Source: an uncultured Bacteroidales bacterium (GTDB lineage Bacteria; Bacteroidota; Bacteroidia; Bacteroidales; DTU049). From it: a stretch of DNA of 64,000 bases. The position numbers and the translations under genes were made by a program. Every line of letters starts with the position of its first letter. Within the stretch, counting starts at the first letter, position 1. Below the pieces are notes generated by a model, which did not search any database, was not told the DNA's origin, and was given only the letters and a program-made list of their open reading frames with translations. The stretch covers positions 19,651-83,650 of the forward strand of contig CAYRXH010000002.1 of the NCBI GenBank assembly GCA_964428185.1, given 5' to 3'. This document shows, in pieces, positions 56,968 to 64,000 of the stretch.

Positions 56968-56983
56968 ACAAAACTCATGAAAT

Positions 56984-57904
56984 ATGAAAGAAGAACAGAT
57001 GAACTCCTCTTCAGAATGGGGTAAAGTGAAAATCAACCGAACTGCATTCACACATTGTGAGTGGATTGATATTCAGAATCCCAGTCGCGAAGAATTGCTC
57101 AATCTAAAGGAACAGTATAAACTGGAGATGACTGTTTTGAACGACAGTCTTGAGCCAGGCCATTTGCCCAAGATAGAGATGACACCATCATACACATTTC
57201 TTATTCTGAGAGCCTATTCTGCAAAAAAGGATGATATTATCACTACAGTGGCAGAACTTTCAGATAAAATTGCATTTTTTATTACTGAGAATACCTTGAT
57301 AACCATTCATCGGGCATCAGTTTCCGCACTGAATGAGCATTATCCTGATACACTCTGCCCCGAGGATCTTGCATTGTCAGTTATGGACAGAATACTTCGC
57401 ACTTATGATGAACCCCTGGAGTTGCAAAGTCAGGTGATGGATGTTTTTGAAAAGGAGATTTTTTTAAAAAGCGGCAAACCCATTTCAACGGAGCAATTGT
57501 ATTACGAAAAATCAAAGGCCCGTATTTCAAAGAAAGTGCTGCTGCTCACCCAGAATGTGTTGAATCAGTTCAGTGTGAAGTCCCGCAATCTCACACATCT
57601 TCAGGATTTGCGTGAAACAGTGCAGCATTTGCTGCTGCTTTATGACGAAGTCATCGAAGATGCCAACAATCTGCTCAACACCTATCTGTCAATCACAACA
57701 AAGAAAAGCAATGACGTGATGAAGGTGCTTACAGTGTTTTCAGCCTTTTTTCTTCCGCTAACTTTCATAGCCGGTATTTACGGAATGAACTTCGAACGTA
57801 TGCCCGAACTGGGGTGGCACAACGGATATTTTATTTCCTTGGGGGGTATGGCTGGGATATCACTGATAATATTTATTTGGTTCAAGTGGAAGCGGTTTTT
57901 ATAG
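56984..57904 (+). CDS. corA: CorA family magnesium/cobalt transporter
   Basis: 306 aa with two C-terminal TM helices and the YGMNF (GMN) signature. Confidence 0.92.
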   Translation: MKEEQMNSSSEWGKVKINRTAFTHCEWIDIQNPSREELLNLKEQYKLEMTVLNDSLEPGHLPKIEMTPSYTFLILRAYSAKKDDIITTVAELSDKIAFFITENTLITIHRASVSALNEHYPDTLCPEDLALSVMDRILRTYDEPLELQSQVMDVFEKEIFLKSGKPISTEQLYYEKSKARISKKVLLLTQNVLNQFSVKSRNLTHLQDLRETVQHLLLLYDEVIEDANNLLNTYLSITTKKSNDVMKVLTVFSAFFLPLTFIAGIYGMNFERMPELGWHNGYFISLGGMAGISLIIFIWFKWKRFL

Positions 57905-57937
57905 GGGGGGGGTGTTGAAGATTATACTTTTTTTTAA

Positions 57938-58151
57938 ATCATTATTGTTCGATAAAAATAAAAAAGATGTTTTTACAAAACATAAATATCTGAATATAAG
58001 CATTATAAAATTTTGCAAATTTGCCATTTTCAAAATTAAGCCCAGCTTGTAAAAGATTCTAAAAAAACACAATATTTTCAAGGCTTTTCAAACTTTAAAT
58101 GCTTTAAATGTTTTTTTCCGGACAATAGTGAATTTTTAAAATAATCTTTTC
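57938..58151 (-). repeat. ~215-nt intergenic repeat, copy 2 (inverted relative to 23507..23720)
   Basis: See copy 1. It ends next to the corA stop and poly-G tract. Confidence 0.75.
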
Positions 58152-58207
58152 AAAAACGAAATTCTCTTGCTTTTTTAAAAACCGGAAGCGTTTTAAATCA
58201 GGAATTT

Positions 58208-58285
58208 GTGTGAGAGTGAGTTTAGAGAAACAGAGTGAGAGTGCTCGTGAGAGCGAGAGCTATCACGAGCACTCTCACTCTGTTT
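58208..58285 (-). repeat. tRNA-trailing hairpin (perfect 23-bp stem) plus conserved CA-rich tail, copy 2
   Basis: On the minus strand: aaacagagtgagagtgctcgtga-12 nt loop-tcacgagcactctcactctgttt, then ctctaaactcactctcacac. It starts at the last base of the tRNA-Leu CCA. Confidence 0.8.
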
Positions 58286-58372
58286 GGTACCCAGAGCGGG
58301 ACTTGAACCCGCACGACCTCAACGGTCACAGGATTTTAAGTCCTGCGTGTCTACCAGTTCCACCATCCGGGC
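58285..58372 (-). tRNA. tRNA-Leu (anticodon TAA), long variable arm, CCA encoded
   Basis: Acceptor GCCCGGA/TCTGGGT, anticodon stem-loop CAGGA-CTTAAAA-TCCTG, extra arm, T-loop GGTTCAAGTCC, 3' ACCA. Hand-folded. Confidence 0.88.
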
Positions 58373-58377
58373 CTTTC

Positions 58378-58405
58378 AAAAAAAAACCCTCAACGCTTTG
58401 AGAGG
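58378..58405 (-). terminator. hairpin + U9 between tRNA-Gly and tRNA-Leu
   Basis: Minus strand: cctctcaa-agcg-ttgaggg (7 bp including one G-U), followed by T9. Only about 5 nt separate the U-run from the tRNA-Leu 5' end. Confidence 0.5.
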
Positions 58406-58409
58406 TTTG

Positions 58410-58482
<73 letters not shown>

Positions 58483-58495
58483 TTTTTTCGTCATG

Positions 58496-58503
58496 CAAAG
58501 TTA
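58496..58503 (-). promoter_or_regulatory. candidate -7 box TAACTTTG for the tRNA-Gly/tRNA-Leu unit
   Basis: Exact TAnnTTTG match on the minus strand, 14 nt upstream of the tRNA-Gly 5' end. Confidence 0.5.
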
Positions 58504-58658
58504 CTATTTTTTTTGAAATGAAAAATTGTTTTTAAAAAAAATCAGAATTACGAGGTTTTTTTCTCCTAAAAATATCATGTAACTTATATTCGAGAACGGA
58601 TTTTCTGGTCTTTTACGTTCGACCATTTTCTAAACAAATTGACTCAGAAAATTTAGTG

Positions 58659-58666
58659 TAATTTTG
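58659..58666 (+). promoter_or_regulatory. candidate -7 box TAATTTTG for the TonB-dependent receptor gene
   Basis: Exact TAnnTTTG match 20 nt upstream of the first ATG. Confidence 0.45.
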
Positions 58667-58685
58667 CGGATTAATTTCCAATTCT

Positions 58686-60674
58686 ATGATTATGTTTATG
58701 AGAAAAATTACCTTATTTTTAAGTATCGTTTTTTTTGCAGGAATTGTTTTTGCCCAGCAGCCTCTACAAAGTGATTCTGTCAGGTCTTTTACAATGAATG
58801 AAGTAGTGGTAACTGCTAATCATTCACTTGCACTGTTTTCTCAAAGATCGCGGGTTGTTCTGCTTCTTACAGATGAGAAGCTGGTTCCTCTGCCCGTAGC
58901 CGGAATTGATGAGGTGCTGAAGGGACTCTCTTCAGTGGATATCAGGCAAAGAGGCGGATACGGTGTGCAGTCTGATGTGAGTATCAGAGGCGGTCATTAT
59001 GAACAAACCCTGGTTTTGCTCAATGGGGTAAATTTCAGCGATCCCCAGACAGGTCATTTTAATCTGAATCTGCCATTGAGTTTCGAGTCTGTTGGAAGGT
59101 TAGAGGTGTTATATGGCTCCTATGGACGCTCTCTTGGTGCAAATGCAATGAGTGGCGCCCTGAATATTGTGGCAACACCCAAAGATTCTTCCTTTGCAAA
59201 GGTTACACTGATGGGAGGACAACACGCACTTTTTGGTGCCGGCGTTTTGCTGAATTTTGCCTTCAAGCCTTCCCAACATCTGCTTGCAGTGAACAGAACT
59301 TCGTCTGAAGGATATATACACAACACTGATTTTAAAAATCTGAACATTTTTTATTCAGGCACTGCAGTGTGCAAAAAGGGAAATTTCGAATTTCAGACAG
59401 GCTTCACTCAGAGAGCATTTGGTGCAAACAGCTTTTATACAGCAAAATATCCGGATCAGTATGAGACTGGTAAAACTGCTATTGCAAGTGTACGATTTCA
59501 GTCAGAAGGCAGAATAAAGCTGATCCCTCTGATTTACGGACGGTTCAACACCGATCGTTTTGAGTTGTTTAGAAATTTTGAAAATGCCCCATTATGGTAT
59601 CTTGCACATAACTTCCATAAAACTCATGTGGTAGGGACTTCAGTCAGTTGTGTCGCTGAATCAGCCGCAGGAAGAACATCATTGTCAGCATCATACAGAT
59701 TTGAGGAAATTTTCAGTACTGTTTTGGGTGATGAGTTGAAAAACCCATTGTCAATCAAGGGAGAAACTGCTAGTTACAGGTATGCATATCAAAGGGATTA
59801 TTTCAGCCTTTTGTTGGATCATCAGTATTTATTTAGAAGATTATATGTATCATGCGGACTTATGGCTCTAGTCAATAGTGATCTTGAAAAATGGAAACTG
59901 CTTCCTGGGCTTGATGCATCATTTATGTTGAATGAAAACCTGAAGCTTATTGCTTCAGTTAGTACTTCGCTAAGAATGCCTACATTCACAGATCTGTTTT
60001 ACAAATCACCTGTTCTTATTGGAAATCCTTCATTAGAGCATGAAGAATCTCTGACAGGAGAGACAGGTTTTAAATTTATTGACAATAACATGAATATTCA
60101 GGTTAGCACATTTCAGCGCAGAGGGAGAAACCTTATTGACTGGATTAAATACCCAGAAGATTCTCTTTGGAGAAGCGAAAACATCACTTCAATAAATTAT
60201 ACGGGATTTGAATTTTTGGGTGAGTTTACACCAAATTTTTCCGCTTTAATTTTGAGGAGTATATCACAATTGCAGCTGAGCTATACTTATCTTCATGTCA
60301 ATAAACTCAGCAGTGGATTTGAGTCTGCATATGCCCTCGATCAGTTGAAACACAAAGCCGGATTTTCAGCAGAGTTCAGGGTTTTTGGAAACTTTGGCAT
60401 CTCTTTTCGCTTTTCCTATTGCGATCGTTACGGATCATTCATGAAATATGTAAATAATCTTGAAAGTGGATTTGTTCCTTATGATGATTTTGTATTGGCA
60501 GATTCTAGATTGTTTTTCAAAACGGACAATTTTAATGTATTTGCCGATGTGACTAATCTGTTTGATGTCACTTACTATGATATCGCCAATATTGAACCGC
60601 CGGGAAGGTGGATCAGAGCTGGTTTTTCATGGCAGATGAATTTGAAAAAATCGAGAACTAATAGTATTCACTGA
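58686..60674 (+). CDS. TonB-dependent receptor
   Basis: 662 aa with a signal peptide. Plug region VVVTAN...IDEVLKGLSSVDIRQRGGYGVQSDVSIRGGHYEQTLVLLNGVNFSDPQTGH, then a beta-barrel. Confidence 0.88.
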   Translation: MIMFMRKITLFLSIVFFAGIVFAQQPLQSDSVRSFTMNEVVVTANHSLALFSQRSRVVLLLTDEKLVPLPVAGIDEVLKGLSSVDIRQRGGYGVQSDVSIRGGHYEQTLVLLNGVNFSDPQTGHFNLNLPLSFESVGRLEVLYGSYGRSLGANAMSGALNIVATPKDSSFAKVTLMGGQHALFGAGVLLNFAFKPSQHLLAVNRTSSEGYIHNTDFKNLNIFYSGTAVCKKGNFEFQTGFTQRAFGANSFYTAKYPDQYETGKTAIASVRFQSEGRIKLIPLIYGRFNTDRFELFRNFENAPLWYLAHNFHKTHVVGTSVSCVAESAAGRTSLSASYRFEEIFSTVLGDELKNPLSIKGETASYRYAYQRDYFSLLLDHQYLFRRLYVSCGLMALVNSDLEKWKLLPGLDASFMLNENLKLIASVSTSLRMPTFTDLFYKSPVLIGNPSLEHEESLTGETGFKFIDNNMNIQVSTFQRRGRNLIDWIKYPEDSLWRSENITSINYTGFEFLGEFTPNFSALILRSISQLQLSYTYLHVNKLSSGFESAYALDQLKHKAGFSAEFRVFGNFGISFRFSYCDRYGSFMKYVNNLESGFVPYDDFVLADSRLFFKTDNFNVFADVTNLFDVTYYDIANIEPPGRWIRAGFSWQMNLKKSRTNSIH

Positions 60675-60770
60675 AGAGTTTAATGCAAATGGATGCAGTG
60701 AACATCTGCTGATCCATTTTAGACCAGTTCAGTTTTTTTTTGTATCTTTCCTCTAAAAAAAAGAAAAAGC

Positions 60771-60841
60771 GTAGAGAGTGCAAGTGCAGAAAAACTGCAA
60801 TTTCTCACTACTCTCTACTTCCTACTTGATACTTTTTTTTT
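60771..60841 (+). repeat. hairpin + T9 module, copy 2
   Basis: Outer stem gtagagagt...actctctac encloses tgcag-aaaaa-ctgca, followed by ttcctacttgatac and T9. Homologous to 26669-26742. Confidence 0.75.
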
Positions 60842-60860
60842 ATTCCCCGTTAAATAAATG

Positions 60861-60939
60861 ATTTATCCTGTTAGATTGTTTTTTTTCTAACAGGACAATT
60901 TAACGGGGTGAATGTAAATAAAATTTTCATGTAAATTTG
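60861..60939 (+). promoter_or_regulatory. palindrome + promoter cassette, copy 2 (TCCTGTTAGA 60866-60875 / TCTAACAGGA 60886-60895; -7 box 60932-60939)
   Basis: Nearly base-for-base identical to 62563-62639. Ends in TAAATTTG. Confidence 0.65.
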
Positions 60940-61016
60940 TTTACTTCTTTCCCTGGCTTGTTTATGGTAATTGCAAGTGCACTTTGTTAAAGGAAAACAG
61001 AAAAAACAGAACTGTT

Positions 61017-62423
61017 ATGAGTAAAACCAACATTGATTTTTTATATCATCCAAGACATTACAGGGAAATACCATTGTGGAAAAATGTGACTGAAGCAGAG
61101 TGGGCTGACCCGCACTGGCAACTGAAAAACAGTATCAGAAATACATCTGATCTGAATAAAGTGATATCATTGAGCAAAAAGCAGTTGTCAATGATTGAAG
61201 ATACTATCAGGCGGATGAAGGCTGAGGGCAAGGAACCTATGAGAATCACACCCTATTATACTACTTTGATGCAGGAAGATGTTTTTCACCCCCAAATGCT
61301 TGAAGGCGAAAGACAGGAAGAACGCCTTGATCCCATATTCTGGCAGAGTGTTCCCACACCTGCTCATTTGTTTTACCCCGATGCAGCAGTTGAGGGCTTC
61401 ATGGCTGAAGGCTCACGCAGTTATGGCTCAGTGTATCAGCGTTACCCAAATCGGGTAGCATTTTTTGTTGGTTCAAACATCAACTGTTCATCCTATTATA
61501 CCCACTGTCAGCGAGCAAAATCACTGGATAAGGACTCAACAGTTTCCACTGAAGATATAAAAAAAGGACTGTTTTATATCGCCTTGAATACAAATATTGA
61601 TGAAGTGCTGGTAACTGGTGGCGATGCTCTGCAGATCAACAAGCAACTGCTGGCTTCACTTCTTTCTGAATTAAGTAAAATCGGTCATGTGCGTAGTATC
61701 AGAATTGCAAGCCGTGTTCCTGTTGTGATGCACATGGGAATCAATGATGAGCTGATGGAAATGATCAAAAACAATGCAAACAAGTATAATGATGGTTCCC
61801 GGAAACATGTGTAAATTATGATGCATCTGGATCATTATCAAGAGGTTACAGAAGAGATGCAGCAGTGTATGGAACGCATTCATTCACATGGTCTGATTCC
61901 TCGCAACCAGACAGTTTTACTCAAGCATGTGAATTCATATTACCGGACTCTTGCTGAGACATTCAGGCGGATGCACTGGGCAGGATTACATCCCTATTAT
62001 TTGCTTCAGTGTCATAAGGAGCGTGGGATTGTTCACTTTATTACACCCATTCAGGTGGGAAAAATATATATGAAGCATCTTCAGGGCTGGTTGTCAGGTA
62101 TTGTACTTCCCACTTATGCTGCCAATGTGGAAGGGGGAGGAGGCAAGGTGCTTCTCATGCCATCGGGATATGATACACTGAACATGCTCCCTGATCTGGA
62201 AGCGAAAAGGAGGAAACACTATGCACGTGTGAAAACTTGGGATGGAAGAATTATTGCTGAATATGAAGCCCTTGGAAGAACAAGCCGTGATGAATTTGAT
62301 CAGTCTGTAAAAATTATGGATGAATTCATCGGCAGGAGCGGGGTTTATAAGCCAAGTCTCATTATTACAGAGAAGGACGGTACTCCTGTCAAGGTGACCA
62401 ATGTCAAATTTCCTGACCTTTAA
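61017..62423 (+). pseudogene. KamA-family (lysine 2,3-aminomutase-like) radical SAM gene, apparently inactivated
   Basis: Two ORFs in the same frame are separated by a TAA at 61812-61814 (..SRKHV*IMMHLDHYQEVT..). The family CxxxCxxC cluster motif reads CSSYYTHC, with the second Cys a Tyr codon at 61497-61499. The C-terminal part has NQTVLLKHVN, HPYYLLQCHKERGIVHF and EGGGGKVLLMP. Confidence 0.7.
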
Positions 62424-62562
62424 AATGAAAAGAAATCATGTTTGCTTGATTATGACATACAGGATAAGGAAAAGGGCCTGCCGTGGACAAATCCTGCACT
62501 GATCAGCAACATTCTTGATGAAAAGTACAAAAAGTTGCATTTATAACTTGAATTCAACAATT

Positions 62563-62639
62563 ATTTATCCTGTTAGATTGTTTTTTATCTAACAGGACAA
62601 TTTAACGTGAATGTAAATTAAAATTTTCATGTAAATTTG
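62563..62639 (+). promoter_or_regulatory. palindrome + promoter cassette, copy 3 (TCCTGTTAGA 62568-62577 / TCTAACAGGA 62588-62597; -7 box 62632-62639)
   Basis: See 60861-60939. The -7 box lies 40 nt upstream of the ppdK ATG. Confidence 0.65.
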
Positions 62640-62678
62640 TAAATTCAAAAAGATATAATCATAAATACTCTATAGAAA

Positions 62679-64000
62679 ATGGGAACATTGAAACGCGTTT
62701 ACACATTTGGCAACAGAAAAGCCGAAGGCAAAGCAGAAATGAAAAATTTACTGGGTGGAAAAGGTGCGAATCTGGCTGAAATGAGCCTGATCGGAGTGCC
62801 TGTACCTCCGGGACTAACAATTACAACCGAAGTTTGTACTGAATACAATCAAATAGGAAAAGAGAAGGTGATTGAACTTCTTCTGGATGATGTCCGTTCA
62901 GGGATCAGGAATATGGAAGACATCATGGGAAGCCGGTTCTGTGATTCACAAAATCCATTGCTTGTTTCGGTACGTTCAGGAGCTAGGGCATCCATGCCAG
63001 GGATGATGGATACCATCCTTAATCTTGGTCTGAATGATGAATCCGTGGAAGGAATTGCCCGTAAATCAGGGAATGAGCGTTTTGCATGGGATTCATACCG
63101 CCGGTTTGTTCAGATGTATGGCGACGTTGTTCTTGGAATGAAACCTGTTTCCAAAGAAGATCATGATCCGTTTGAAGAAATCATTGACCACATGAAGGAA
63201 GAGAAGGGTGTTGAACTGGATACTCAGCTGACAACTGATGATTTGAAAGAACTGGTCAGGCGTTTTAAAACAGCAGTGAAAAACAGCACCGGCAGAGATT
63301 TTCCTGCAGATCCCTGGGAACAACTCTGGGGAGCAGTGATTGCCGTGTTTGAAAGCTGGAATAATGAGCGCGCTCGCTTATACCGGAGACTGAACAATAT
63401 CCCTGACGAATGGGGCACTGCAGTTAATGTACAGGCCATGGTTTTTGGAAACATGGGCGATACCAGCGGAACAGGAGTGTGTTTTACCAGAGATTCAGCC
63501 ACCGGAGAAAATATTCTGACAGGTGAATATCTTATGAATGCGCAGGGGGAAGATGTGGTTGCCGGAATCAGAACACCTCAGCAGATATCAATTGAACAGT
63601 CAAAACGCTGGGCGCAGCTTGCACAGGTTTCTGAAGATGAGCGTCGCGGCAGATATCCATCACTTGAAGAAGTGATGCCACAGTCATATCAAGAACTTGT
63701 GGACATTCTTAATAAACTGGAGAACCATTACAAAGACATGCAGGATATTGAGTTTACAATCCAGGAAGGGAAACTCTGGATGCTTCAGACAAGAAACGGA
63801 AAACGTACAGGTGCTTCCATGCTCAGAATTGCCATGGATTTTTACCGTGAAGGCAGACTGACAGAGCAGGAAGTGCTGAAACGTATGGATCCTGCCAAGC
63901 TGGATGAGTTATTGCATCCTGTATTTGATACATCAGCTCTTGCAAGTGCACATGTTATTGCAAAAGGACTCCCTGCATCTCCGGGTGCAGCAACAGGACA
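62679..64000 (+). CDS. ppdK: pyruvate, phosphate dikinase (N-terminal ~440 aa; continues beyond window end)
   Basis: Absent from the ORF track because it runs off the edge. My translation gives [53 protein letters not shown]...[25 protein letters not shown]...[23 protein letters not shown]. Confidence 0.93.
   Translation, partial: MGTLKRVYTFGNRKAEGKAEMKNLLGGKGANLAEMSLIGVPVPPGLTITTEVCTEYNQIGKEKVIELLLDDVRSGIRNMEDIMGSRFCDSQNPLLVSVRSGARASMPGMMDTILNLGLNDESVEGIARKSGNERFAWDSYRRFVQMYGDVVLGMKPVSKEDHDPFEEIIDHMKEEKGVELDTQLTTDDLKELVRRFKTAVKNSTGRDFPADPWEQLWGAVIAVFESWNNERARLYRRLNNIPDEWGTAVNVQAMVFGNMGDTSGTGVCFTRDSATGENILTGEYLMNAQGEDVVAGIRTPQQISIEQSKRWAQLAQVSEDERRGRYPSLEEVMPQSYQELVDILNKLENHYKDMQDIEFTIQEGKLWMLQTRNGKRTGASMLRIAMDFYREGRLTEQEVLKRMDPAKLDELLHPVFDTSALASAHVIAKGLPASPGAATG

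Noticed and set aside
58483-58685. Cobalamin or other riboswitch upstream of the TonB-dependent receptor gene.
   Set aside because: The region is AT-rich and has no B12-box-like GCCACTG. A good -7 box lies only 20 nt from the ATG, which leaves no room for an aptamer in the 5' UTR.
60866-60895. The 10-bp palindrome, as an intrinsic terminator of the upstream transcript.
   Set aside because: It is not followed by a U-run (the next bases are caatttaacg). At 60.8 kb a hairpin + T9 module already lies just upstream. Identical spacing to the -7 box at both loci argues for a promoter-associated site, though an RNA hairpin role is not excluded.

Overview
This window is a chromosomal segment of a Bacteroidota-type bacterium. 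The evidence is T9SS C-terminal sorting domains, TTTG/TAnnTTTG promoter boxes and the conserved gene order.

The left 12.2 kb is the conserved transcription/translation block, all on the minus strand: tRNA-Thr/Tyr/Gly/Thr-tuf, then tRNA-Trp-secE-nusG-rplK-rplA-rplJ-rplL-rpoB-rpoC. rpoC runs off the window start, so it is absent from the ORF track.

The other 52 kb mixes housekeeping and envelope/accessory genes.
- Housekeeping: split transketolase, fbaA, birA, corA, and ppdK (which runs off the window end).
- Accessory: an ECF sigma operon, a T9SS-secreted S1 protease, and an aldehyde:ferredoxin oxidoreductase with a divergent ThiF/ThiS-like pair.
- Accessory, continued: TonB-dependent receptors, an ABC-GntR(YtrA)-DUF2807 operon, and a 3589-aa T9SS surface protein.

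There are eight tRNAs. I found no rRNA, CRISPR array, transposase, integrase or recognisable defence system.

Two things stand out.
1. Several families of repeated, hairpin-rich intergenic modules:
   - a cloverleaf-like 88-nt core at 23.98 and 40.02 kb;
   - long hairpins abutting tRNA 3' ends;
   - a hairpin plus U9 module;
   - a promoter cassette used three times, two copies carrying a 10-bp palindrome;
   - a ~215-nt repeat.
2. At least seven accessory loci are disrupted by in-frame stops and/or homopolymer frameshifts, while every core gene and the 10.8-kb giant gene are intact.

I could not name a new multi-gene system with confidence. The repeated structured elements are the best candidates for something undescribed.
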